Shown: positions 25,100 through 37,504 of the stretch, piece by piece | Layout: each line of letters starts with the position of its first letter | Position numbering within the stretch: position 1 is the stretch's first letter | Assembly: GCF_035084215.1 (NCBI RefSeq) | Contig: NC_090370.1 | Span: 26,474,001 to 26,538,000, forward strand | Length of the DNA: 64,000 bases | Reading direction: 5' to 3' | Source of the DNA: Heptranchias perlo | Taxonomy: Eukaryota | Translations under genes and position numbers: made by a program | Notes under the pieces: generated by a model | Told to the model about the DNA's origin: nothing | Seen by the model: only the letters and a program-made list of their open reading frames with translations | The model's database searches: none

Positions 25100-27570
25100 A
25101 AATTAGATACAGATAAAGAATGAATCTCATACTCAGATCCAGTGCCAGAGACTGACATATGGAATGATTCTCACACTCACACAATGTACCAGTGATTGAT
25201 AGATACAGAACAAATCCCACACTCACATACAGTAGCACAGACTGACAGATACAGAATTTATATCACTCATATACAGTATCAGAGATTGATGGAAACGGAA
25301 TGAATGTCTCAATCACATACAGCATCAGAGACTGACAGATATGGAATGAATCCCAAATTCACACACAGTGCCAGAGACTGACAGGAACAGAGAGAATCAC
25401 AAGTACCACAGTCAGACAGATACAGAATGAATCTCACTTGCATACAGTACCAGGGACTGACCGAAATAGAATGAATCCCACACTCACACACAGTACCACA
25501 GGTTGACAGATACAGAATGAATCTCACAGTCACATTATTGCAGACTGAGTTACACATAACAAGCCAGTCCAAAAATCTTACAGTGTCATATCGAAAGATA
25601 ATGTTTGAATTCGATTAGTGCAGACTGAGCAAAACGTTACATAGCAGTCGAACAATTTCATACCATATCAGACTCAAAGATACAACATCAATTCCATTAG
25701 CATGCACTGAGCAATATGTTACACACCAGTCCAAAAATCTCATACAGTATCAGACTGAGATACTGAATTAATTCCATTATTGTAGACTGAGTTACACATT
25801 ATATTCCAGTCCAATAATTTCACCGTGAACAGATTGAAAGGTACATTGTCATTCACAATAAAGTTCAGAGATTAAGATGTAACACTACTCCAAAACTCTC
25901 ACACATTGTTTGATTGAAGAAAATCCATAAGTGTCTCAATATTTACAAATTAAACACTCGACAAAAAAGCATGTAATTTAAAGTATTAAAGATATAGTTT
26001 CAAATACAATAATGTAAACTGAAATAAGAATACAGAGTGAATCCAGACTTGCACATTGCCTCAGAGACTGAATTGCAGAAATAATGCCACACTGAGATAA
26101 AGCAGCAGAGAATGGCTGATACAGAATGAATTCCACACTCACAGCCAGAACCAGAGAATGACAGATACAGAATGAATCCCATACTCACAGACAGTACCAG
26201 AGAATGTCAGTTACAGAATTAGTCCCACACTCATATATCGTATCAGAGACTGACAGATACAGAATAAAACCCACACTCATATACAGTATCAGAGAGTGAC
26301 AAATACAGAATAAACCCCACACTCGCACACAGCACCGGAGACAGACAGATTCAGAATAAAGCCCACACTGGCTTACAGTACCAGAGAGTGAAAGATACAG
26401 AATAAACCCCACAAACATGTACAGTACGAGAGACTGACAGGCACAGAATGAATCCCACACTCACACACAGTACCAGAGACAGACAGATACAGAATAAACC
26501 CCACATTCATATACAGTACCAGAGACAGGGAGATACAGAATAAACCCCACACGCACACACAGTACCAGAGACAGATAGATACAGAATAAATCCCACATTC
26601 GCATAGAGTACCCGAGACTGACAGATACAGAATAAACCCCACACACATTTATAGTATCAGAGACTGACAGGCACAGAATAAACCTCACACTCGCATGCAG
26701 TACCAGAGACTGTCAGATACAGAATAAACCCCACATTCATAGACAGCACCAGAGACTGACAGATACAGAATAAATCCCACACTCATGTAAAGTACCAGAG
26801 ACAGACAAATACAGAATAAACCCCACGCTCATATACTGTACAAGAGACATGAGATACAGAATAAATCACACACAGCACCAGAGACAGACAGATACAGAAT
26901 AAACCCCACACTCATATACAGTACCAGAGACAGGGAGATACAGAATAAATCCCACAATCACACACAGTACCAGAGACAGACAGATACAGTATAAACCCCA
27001 CACTTATCTTCAGTACGAGAGACTGACAGGCACAGAATTAATCCCACACTCACACACAGTACCAGAGACTGACAGATACAGAATGAATCCCACACTCACA
27101 CACAGTACCAGAGACTGAAAGATACAGAATGAATCCCACACTCAAAGACAGTACTAGAGACTGAGAGAGACAGAATAAACCCCACACTCATATGCAGTAC
27201 CCGAGACAGACAGATACAGAGTAAACCCCACACTCACACACAGTACCAGATGCAGACAGATGCAGAGTACACCCCACAATCATGTTAAGTGCCAGAGACA
27301 GACAGATACAGAATAAACCCCAAACTCATGTACAGTATCAGAGACAGACAGATACATTATAAAACCCACACTCACACACAGTAAATGAGACAGACAGATA
27401 AATAATAAATCCCACACTCATGTACAGTACCAGATAACAACAAATACAGAATAAACCCCAAACTCATGTACAGTATCGGAGACAGACAGATACAGAATAA
27501 ACCCCAAACTCATGTACAGTATCGGAGACAGACAGATACAGAATAAACCCCACTCTCATCTTCAGTACCA
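25100..27570. repeat. 46 bp arrays (25100-25530, 26050-27570) flanking an 81 bp array
   Basis: Same unit; GAATAAACCCCAC variant dominates 26260-27560. Confidence 0.9.
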
Positions 27571-28349
27571 GAAACTGGCCTCCAATGGACGTAAGCGAGA
27601 ACTGTATACGAGTGGAACAAATTCACTTTGTCGTGGTTGCAGAAACAGGACAATGTGCAATGTGAGGAAAGTTTCTGTCTGTAACTTCTACTCTCGTATT
27701 TTTGCACATTTTGATCGTGAAAAATGAGGACAATTTATTCATTAAAGTTTTGTTTTACTCATTCAATAGTTGTGAATTTTCCCCATTATATTTCACTGTA
27801 CATTGCGCAGTATTTCTATCTGATTTCTCAGGTCGATTTACTTTGCTCCTCTACCCCGTTTCGGCTCTTATTTTCCAAGCAGTATGTGGCCAACTTGTTC
27901 CCCTGGCAAAATGCACCAGCTCACACTTTCTATATTGAAATTCAATGGTCATTTACACGGCCGTTCTGCAAACTTACTTTGTTGCAGTCTTCCTCAGTAT
28001 TGACTATAACCCCCTAAATCAATTATAACAATGTAACACAGCATTACAACTCATGTTTGGTCTAACAAAATGTACTTGCAGCTCGTCTCCATTCCCAGTT
28101 TTTCTAAATCCCACTCGTGCAATATAATGTGAAGAATTAGTTTCTGTTCTGTCCCTCTCTCATCTGCAAACTTCACTGTCCCGGGGTTTGGGGACATCTA
28201 CTGGCCGGAAGCAGAACTGCAACAGTTCGGAACAAATTGCTGAAACCGGACAATGTGCAGTGTGAGCGTGTTTGTGATTGGTGGCAGGTACTAAATCTGA
28301 TTGGATATCTCAAGAAATCAATCAGAGAGTGAAAGAAACAGGTTTGTCT

Positions 28350-29220
28350 TTGGGGATGTCTTACTGCTGTTATACAGGTCTTGGTGAGACCACATCTGGA
28401 GTATTGTGTGCAGTTTTGGTCTCCTTATCTGAGGAAGGATGTCCTTGCCATGGAGGGAGTGCAACGAAGGTTTACCAGACTGATTCCTGGGATGGCAGAA
28501 CTGACGTATGAGGAGAGATTGGGTCGACTCGGCCAGTATTCACTCGAGTTAAAAGAATGAGAGGTGATCTCTTCAAAACATATCAAATTCTAACAGGACT
28601 AGACAGACCAAATGCAGGGAGGATGTTCCCGATGGCTGGGGAGTCCAGAACCAGGGGTCAGAGTCTCAGGATACGGAGTATGCAATTTGGAACCGAGATG
28701 AGGAGAAAATTCTTCACTCAGAGTGTGGTGAACCTGTGGAATTCTCTACCACAGAAGGCAGTGGAGGCCAAGTCATTAGATGTGTTCAAGAATGAGATAG
28801 ATATATTTCATACTGCTAAAGGGATCAAGGGATATTAGAGCCAGACCTTTCAGGAGCGAGATTAGAAAACATTTCTCCACACAAAGGGTGGTAAAAGTTT
28901 GGAACTCTCTTCCGCAAACGGCAATTGATACCAGCTCAATTGCTAAATTTAAATCTGAGATGGATAGCTTTTTGGCAACCAAAGGTATTAAGGGATATGG
29001 GCCAAAGGCGAGTACATGGAGTTAGAACACAGATCAGCCATGATCTTATCAAATGGCAGAGCAGGCAGGAGGGGCTGAATGGCCTACTCCTGTTCCTATG
29101 TTTTTATATGGGGAAAAAGCGGGAACAGTGCACTGAGTTCGACGATCAGCCATGATCATTTTGAATGGCAGAGCAGACCCGAAGGCCGGAATGGCCGACT
29201 CTTACTCATATTTTCTATGT
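28350..29220 (+). mobile_element. CR1 3' end with a nested second CR1 3' end (~28836-29105), inserted in an H2B promoter copy
   Basis: MRGDLFKTY..ESRTRG..FFTQSVVNLWNSLP; two 3' UTRs; ATAT repeated at both nested junctions. Confidence 0.85.
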
Positions 29221-29360
29221 CACGTGGCATCACTCTCATCCGTCCAATCACAATCATTGCCTTCACCCATCCCTCATTACCATAGGGCTGTGGGGCTTCC
29301 TATTTCATCCGAGCTCGGAGCGGATTTGGGTCATTTCTGGGTCAGAAATTGAGTTTGAAC

Positions 29361-29445
29361 ATGCCTGAGGACAAGAAAACAGCTCCCAAGAAAGGCACCA
29401 AGAAATCCTTCAGTAAAGCACCAGCCAACGGCGGCAAGAAGTCGT
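29361..29445 (+). pseudogene. H2B: Truncated H2B 5' fragment
   Basis: ATGCCTGAGGACAAGAAAACAGCTCCC..GGCAAGAAG then switches to the inverted H2A 3' flank. Confidence 0.9.
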
Positions 29446-29928
29446 AACTGACACAGGAACAGAATAATTCCCTCGCTCACATCCAATAACAGACAAATGT
29501 GATTCACTGATTCAGTAATCGCTGACACAATAATCAACACATCAGTCAGCTTCTGCTTTACAAATCTGGGTAAAATAATAAAGAGCGTGCAAGTGTTGTC
29601 GGAGGATGAGACAGTAAATATTATTGGGTGGAACACAACAGAATGCCTCTTGATGCCGATGATCAAACGTCCCTGGTATTTCTGTATCCCACCCGCCCAG
29701 TTTAATGACAATTTTGATATTTTGTCTCATTCACCACACAAACTGCAAATATCAATCTATTGGAGGTTGGCGACATCTGCTGTCCGGAAGCGAGTACTTC
29801 AACAGACCGATCTGGATCATTTGTAATCAACAAGTTATTGTTAGTTCTCGAATCGGAATCAAGTCCTTATTAAATTAATACCTGACTCTCTTCAGTCAGT
29901 AACCAGCCCTTTCATAGATACAGTGGGT

Positions 29929-29944
29929 GGCTCTTAAAAGAGCC
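29929..29944 (-). terminator. Histone stem-loop (H2A)
   Basis: GGCTCTTTTAAGAGCC ACCCA on minus. Confidence 0.95.
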
Positions 29945-29974
29945 TTTGGGTTATCAGATTAAACCTTGGCCGCT

Positions 29975-30469
<495 letters not shown>

Positions 30470-31242
30470 CTATTCGCAATCTCATTGGGCTGTTCGTTGA
30501 ACCAATCAGAGAGCTGCTTTATTCACCAATCAATAGCCGGCAATGAGAAAAGGGCGGAAAATACCGAACTGAACAGTTTATGAAATTTGAAAAGCCCGCC
30601 AATATATTTCCAACACAAGAAGCGGATTTAGTAAATAATGTCGCGTAAAGACAAAGATTTAAAAATCTCTCTCCTTTTACTCTGTTATTCCTCATTTCCC
30701 GTCACAACTTCCAAAATCTTTTACAATCCGGTTAAAATCCGCCTTCATTCACCTTTCGCTTTCAATCGGGCGGGAATAAAGCCCCATTTTGTAACGGGAC
30801 AGATTCCAGCTCAATCTTTGTAAAAGTAACAAACCACAGATTGTGGATTGATCCCTGTTCACAGGAGCTGCAGCGCGATCGAAACCGGAGCCGAGACTCC
30901 TGGTGTAAGAAGCCGAACAGTGACAGAGTCTTTAGACTGTTCTGCACTCGGTGTGAACACCCTTTCGGGATTGCTGCTTTACAAAGGATTGCGGTTCTGA
31001 AAGTGATATTCCCGAATAATGAGCAAACAAAGGTGAAAAGGAGAAAGAAATGACTGAAGTGTAATCCACCGCCTTAAAACGGCTCTGATGGGGCAGATGC
31101 GGGGGAAGGGGCGGAATATGAGCGGGAATGAGAGGATCAAGGACACGTTTTTAGTTATTGGGACTGAATAAAAAAGCGATCCACTGATTATACCGGGCAG
31201 TGATTGAGAGAATCTTACAGATTTCAAGAGAAATTTCAAAAG

Positions 31243-31433
31243 CACAAGAACATAGGAACAGGGAGTCGGCCATTCAGCCCCTCTTTCCTGCTCCGCCATT
31301 TGATAAGATCATGGCTGATCTGTGATCTAACTCCATACACCTGCCATTGGCCCATATCCCTTCATACCTTTCGTTGCCAAAAAGCTATCTATCTGATTTA
31401 AATTTAGCATTTGAGCTGGTATCAATTGCCGTT
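31243..31433 (-). mobile_element. CR1 3' end fragment
   Basis: Same family as the nested piece at 28836-29105; tail-type repeats at 31243-31260. Confidence 0.8.
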
Positions 31434-31518
31434 AGAGAGAACGTTAGTGTCAAATTATCTACAGTAAAATGATTCCATACAGAGGTGTCGGTACAGCGTC
31501 TTCAGAGAGACTGTGGGT

Positions 31519-31534
31519 GGCTCTTAAAAGAGCC
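31519..31534 (-). terminator. Histone stem-loop (H2B)
   Basis: GGCTCTTTTAAGAGCC ACCCA on minus. Confidence 0.95.
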
Positions 31535-31570
31535 TTTGTGTTTAAAATTTTTTCAGTTAATTGTTGAGTT

Positions 31571-31945
31571 TTACTTGGAGCTGGTGTATTTGGTCACTGC
31601 CTTTGTCCCTTCTGAAACGGCGTGCTTGGCCAGTTCCCCGGGCAGCAGCAGGCGCACGGCGGTCTGGATCTCCCGGGAGCTGATGGTCGCCCGCTTGTTG
31701 TAATGGGCCAGGCGGGAAGCCTCACCTGCGATGCGCTCGAAAATATCGTTCACAAAGGAGTTCATGATGCCCATGGCCTTGGAGGAGATGCCGGTGTCGG
31801 GGTGAACCTGCCTCATCACTTTGTAGATGTAGATGGAGTAACTCTCCTTCCTCGACTTTCTCCGCTTCTTGCCGCCCTTGCCCGGTGCTTTATTCAAGGT
31901 TTTCTTGGCGCCCTTCTTGGGAGCTGCTTTCTTGTCCTCAGGCAT
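31571..31945 (-). CDS. H2B: Histone H2B (124 aa)
   Basis: [39 protein letters not shown]. Confidence 0.98.
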   Translation of the reverse strand: MPEDKKAAPKKGAKKTLNKAPGKGGKKRRKSRKESYSIYIYKVMRQVHPDTGISSKAMGIMNSFVNDIFERIAGEASRLAHYNKRATISSREIQTAVRLLLPGELAKHAVSEGTKAVTKYTSSK

Positions 31946-32022
31946 TTTCAAACTCAATTTCAGACCCAGAAATGACCCAAATCCGCTCCGAGCTCGGATT
32001 AAATCGGCAGCCCCACAGCCCT

Positions 32023-32030
32023 ATGCTAAT
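32023..32030 (-). promoter_or_regulatory. Octamer-like H2B element ATTAGCAT
   Basis: Lies between CCAAT boxes and a TTTAA box, the usual position of the vertebrate H2B octamer (ATTTGCAT). Confidence 0.6.
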
Positions 32031-32389
32031 GAGGGATGGGGGAAGCTAATGATTGTGATTGGGTCATTGGGAGTGATGCAACGTCGTCTATTATTTTCAT
32101 TCTCTGATTGGATATCTGAAGAAACCAATCAGATTTAGTACCTGCCACCAATCACAAACACGCTCACACTGCACATTGTCCGGTTTCCGCAATTTGTTCC
32201 GAACTGTTGCAGTTCTGCTTCCGGCCAGTAGATGTCCCCAAACCCCGGGACAGTGAAGTTTGCAGATGAGAGAGGGACAGAACAGAAACTAATTCTTCAC
32301 ATTATATTGCACGAGTGGGATTTAGAAAAACTGGGAATGGAGAACATTTTGTCAGACAAATCATTAGTTGTAATGCTGTATTAAATGCT

Positions 32390-33410
32390 TGTAATTAATT
32401 TCGGGGTTATAGCCGATACTGAGGAAGAATGCAACAAAATACATGAAGCCTTTTATAAGCTTGCTGAAAGGCGGTCGAAATGGCCATTGAATTTCCGTAT
32501 AAAAAGGTGTGAGCTGGTGCATTTTGCTCGGAGAAATAAGGAGGCCACATACTGCTTGGAAATTAAGAGTCTAAATGGGGTGGAAGAACAAAGGGATTTC
32601 GGGGTACAGATTGATAAATGATTAAAAGTAGCAGCACAGGATGATAAGGCCATAAAAAAGCAAACACAGAGGTTTATTTCCAGAGGAATAGAATTGTAAA
32701 GCAGGTAAGTTCTGTCGAACTGTAATTTAAACTGTCAAACCTTTGGCCAAACTGTTAAGCTTTCCTTTTCTGAAATCTGTGCTGAGTATTCTTTGTTATA
32801 TTTTCGGTTTCTAGATGTTTTTCTGTTGCTTCATTGGGTAAAGGATTCCATGATCAATCCTACCACCGACCTTTAGTTAACTGGTCTTATGTTCCCTGGA
32901 CTTGTTCTACATCCTGTTTTAAAATATAAGAATCACATTAGCTGTCATCCAGTCCTCTGGCACTATTCCTTTTTTGATGATTTTTTCCGATGCATGTAAC
33001 AATGCCTCTGCTATCTCTTCCCTTGCTTCATTTAATATGCACAGATGCAATCTATCTGGACCAGGAGTTTAACCACACTTTCGAACATAAATGCCTTGAT
33101 ATCTTTATTGACCTCTTCCTCTAATACATTCACCCTGTTAATCTCCCGGGTAAATACTGAGGCAAAGTAACAATTCAACATTTCTGCCATTTCGCTGACG
33201 TTACCTGTGAGTTTATCTTGTGCATCACTTAGTGGCACTCAATCAATTCTGATTTTCCTTTTGTTATTTTTGTGTCAGTGGAATAATTTACTATTTCTTT
33301 TTATATTCCTTGATAATTTGATTTACTGGCTCCTGTTTGCTTCCCGAATTTTTTTTGTGACTTCTTCCGAGCCTCTTCCTATTCGTTTTTGCCATCCTCT
33401 TATTTAATAT
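32390..33410. mobile_element. Old CR1 fragments (inverted paralog of 14000-14990)
   Basis: ADTEEECNKI..CELVHF..RDFGVQID; EMAEMLNCYFASVFT. Confidence 0.75.
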
Positions 33411-33566
33411 CTATGAATGAGAAATTCCACCAGCTTGTTGTGTCTGTTCAGGGGCTGATGTTTGGGAACTATTTATTGTCTATGATTAAAGTGCCAGAAA
33501 CCCAAAGGGAGCAATTCAGTCCGAAACTCCACAGAAACACTCGACTTCTCCCTCCTGGTGAAATAA

Positions 33567-33635
33567 GGCGCTATAATGGTGAGTATAGCTGCCTTCCAAG
33601 CAGTTAATTCCAACAGGTTTGAATCCCAGCACGCT
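33567..33635 (+). pseudogene. Degenerate tRNA-Gly(TCC)-derived sequence
   Basis: Inverted paralog of 13788-13855. Confidence 0.7.
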
Positions 33636-34389
33636 GAATTCAGAAACACCAAGACTGGAACTGAATTTGATGATGTTCAGAGGGACAGTGTTTCCAAAAC
33701 ACAAACGGGTTTAATTTATATTAAAAATACTTTTAAAATTCATTTATTTCCCGCATAATGTTGAATTTAACTCTGTTCCTTTGTATTATTATTTGCCCTG
33801 ATCTGTACGGTGGATACGAGACACAATTGCTCGGATTCAGTGAAATTAATTGATTTTCGGAAGTTTTTCCTCTGATGATTCCTTTTCCTTATTTAAATTA
33901 TATCGGATTAACCTTTCTGATCTATTGAAGGGTCATCGTCCTGAACCGTTAACCCGAGCCTCCCTTCTCCACAGGTGCTGCCGGACCTGCTGAGTCTTTC
34001 CAGCATTTTCGGTTTTAATTTTTTCTGTATTTTGTCCCTTTCACTTTTGACGGTCGCCGTTGAACCTTCCAGATTTGCGCTCAGTTTTTATTTGTGCTTC
34101 AGTTCGGTTTATTTGAATTAATATAAATCGTGTCCTGAGAAATCAGACAGAAATATTGTGCAATGGAGAGTGAAATATAATGGGGCAACTTTCGAATGAG
34201 CAAAACAAAAACTTTATTATGAATCAATTGTCTAATTTTTCACTGAAAAACATGAAAAAATCTGAGAGTAGAAGTTACAGAGAGAAACTATTTCCTCACA
34301 TTGCACATTGTCCTGAATCTGAAACAACGACAGATAATGTGAATTTCTTCCGCTCTGTTACAGTTCTCACTTATGGCCAGTAGATGTCA

Positions 34390-35640
34390 GATTGTATGTG
34401 AGTGTGAGAGTAATTCTCTGTCTGTCAGTTTCTGGTACTGTGTGTGAGCGTGATATTCATTCTGTATCCGTCAGTCGCCAGTTCAGTCTGTGAGTGTGGG
34501 ATTCATTCTGTCTCTGTCAATCTGTGGGAATGTGTGTGAGTGTGGGATTCATTCTGTATCTGTCAATCTGTGGGAATGTGTGTGAGTGTGGGATTCATTC
34601 TGTATCTGTCAATCTGTGGTATTTTATCTCAGTGTAGGATTCATTCTGTACCTCAGTCTCTGGGCAAAGTGCAAGTCTGGATTCGTTCTGTATTCTTATT
34701 TCAGGCTGCAGTATGGTGCTTGAAACTGTATCTTTAATTCACTAATTTATGCAAATCTTTTGTGCACGAATGGAATTGACATTCCAACTTTCAGTCAGAC
34801 ACTGCAAGAGATTTTTGGTCTCGTTTGTAATGTGTAGCTTAGCCTACATTGATAGGATTCATGCTGTATGTTTCAGTTTGATAAAGTATCAGATTTTTGG
34901 ACGGTATATAATGTGTAGCTCAGTCTGCAATAATGGAATTTATACTGTACCTTTCAATCTGATACAAACCAGCCTAAATATATTACACAGTAAGGTGCAG
35001 TTCAGTCTGCACTAATGGAATTGATACTGTATCTTTCAATTTGTTACTGAATGTGACTTTTGGACTGGTATCTAATGTATACCTCAGTCTGCACGAATGG
35101 GATTGATACTGTATCTTACAGTCTGATACTGTGTGAGATTTCTATACTGGTATGTAACATGTAGGTCAGTCTGTACTAATCACATCGATACCATATCTTT
35201 CAGTCTGATATTGTACCCGATTTTTGGACAGGTATCTGATGTGAACGTCTGTATGCAGTAAAGGAATTGATACTGTACTTTCAGTTTGACACAATGTGAT
35301 TTTTGAACAGGTAACTAATGTGTACCTCAGTCTGCACGAATGGGAATGATACTGTATCTTCCAGTACAATAATTCATGTGAATATTGGTCTTGTATATAA
35401 TGTGTAGCTCAATCTGCACTTATGGAAGTTATACTGTATCATTCAACTTGGCACTGTGATTTTTGGACTGGTATGTGATGTGTTGCTCAGTCTGCACAAT
35501 TGGGGTTGATACTGTGTCTTTCAGTCTTATACTGTATGAGAATTTTGGACTGGTATCTAATGTGTACCTCAGTCTGCAGTGAATGAATTGAAACTGTACA
35601 TTTCATTCTGACACTATGAGGTTTTTGGACATATATGTGA
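34390..35640. repeat. Inverted 46 bp array (34390-34660) and 81 bp array (34780-35640)
   Basis: Reverse complement of the 10800-13025 arrays with fewer units. Confidence 0.85.
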
Positions 35641-36972
35641 GTCAAATATGGGTAACATCTGAACTGTTATCTAATTTGTATCTCAGTGTACAATAGTGGC
35701 ATGAATACTGCATCTTTAAACTTATAATGAGTGTGAGTTGTGGGCTGGTATTTAATTTGAATCTTGGGGTGCATGATTGTGATTCATTCTGTACCTATCA
35801 ATCAGTCCAATGTGTCAATTCTATCTGGTATTTAATTTGTAGCTAAGGCTGAACTAATGTGAGATTGACAGAGTGCCTTTCAATCTGATACTGGGTGTGA
35901 TTTTAGACTGGAAATTATTTATCTGCCGGTCAGCTGTAATGAATCGTTGTGAAATGGAAATTACATCTGTCTCTCCTGCTCTGTTTCACTGTTGGATTGG
36001 GATCAGTGTGGGACTGACTACTTCCGCTGTCTGAGACTGTGGGACTGATGACCTGTCTGTGTCTCTGTGCTCTGTGAGTGATAATGTACTTACTGTGTGA
36101 GAGAAGGAGCTGGCTGCACTGACTGCTCCTTGTGCCTCGGGTGGAGTAAACATCACACTGATTCTGGGTCCTTCAAGGATTTGACTGTCGGAAGAAAAAG
36201 ATTCTCTTGTAATTCAAGAACAGGTGAAATAGAAAATACAAAAGTGATCAATTGAATCTCTCCGTTAATAATCATTGTAATAACCACAAATGAAAACCAG
36301 CGATACAAACAGTGTCAGTGTCTGACTCCACTGCAGTACTGCAGCTCTCAGCTTCTGCACACCAGGTGTGTTGGGCAGTTTTACAACAATTTAGTGACAT
36401 CCAGACACAACCCAACCCCTGCACTGATCCATGAATGGGACTACCCGATGGGGCGGGGACCTTTGATCATATCAGATTTCTGTTTCCCACTCCCTTGGGA
36501 CAAACCATTGAACTGAAACAAAACAGACGCTGTTTAAAATGTGTCCTTCAACCTTCTCACCTGATGTCTGCCATAGATGCTCTTTGTTTCACTCCCCATA
36601 TCCTTACTGTCCGGCTCTGTTTACTTTTCAGAAACAAACACTACAGGTTAATGGGCAGGTTTAAAAAATCAGATTTAGTACCTGCCACCAATCATAAACA
36701 CGCTCACACTGCACATTGTCCGGTTTCCGCAATTTGTTCCGACCAGTTCTGCTTCCGGCCAGTAGATGTCCCCAAACACCGGGACAGTGAAGTTTGAAGA
36801 TGAGAGAGGGACAGAGCAGAAACTAATTCTTAACATTATATTGCACGATTGGGATTTAGAAAAATTGGGAATGGAGGCGAGCTGCAAGTACATTTTGTTA
36901 GACCAAACATTAGTTGTAACGCAGTGTTAAATTCTTGTAATTGATTTAGGAGGTATTGTCAATACTGAGGAA

Positions 36973-37073
36973 TCGTTTTCACATCGTTCACCTGACGAAG
37001 GAGGAAGCCTCCGAAAGCTTGTGAATTTAAAATAAAATTGCTGGACTATAACTTGGTGTTGTAAAATTGTTTA
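36973..37073 (+). mobile_element. ~100 bp Penelope pLTR insertion consisting mostly of a hammerhead motif
   Basis: 13 bp TSD CAATACTGAGGAA at 36960-36972 and 37074-37086; empty site on minus near 27985-28005. Confidence 0.88.
36987..37025 (+). ncRNA. Minimal hammerhead ribozyme motif
   Basis: TTCAC-CTGACGA-A-GGAGG-AAG-CCTCC-GAAA-GCTT-GTGAA; stem I perfectly complementary. Confidence 0.78.
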
Positions 37074-37504
37074 CAATACTGAGGAAGACAGCGGCAAAAT
37101 AAACTTGCAGAACGGCTGTGTAAATGGCCAGTGAATTTCAATATCGAAAGGTTTGCGGTGCTGCATTTCGCTGGAGGGAATAAGGAGGCCACATACTGCT
37201 TGAAAAATTACAGTCTAAATGGGCTAGAGGAACAATGTAAATCGTGTCCTGAGAAATCAGAGAGAAATACTGCGCAATGTACAGTGAAATATAATGGGGC
37301 AAATTCACAACGATTGAACGAGTGGAACAAAAACTTTATTATGAATAAATTGTCTTCATTTTTCACTGTCAAAAAGTGCAAAAATTCGAGAGTAAAAGTT
37401 ACAGACAGAATCTTTCCTCAAAATGCACATTGTCCTGTTTCTCTCACCACGACAGATAATGTGAATTTGTTCCGCTCTTTTACAGTTCTCGCTTACGTCC
37501 ATTA

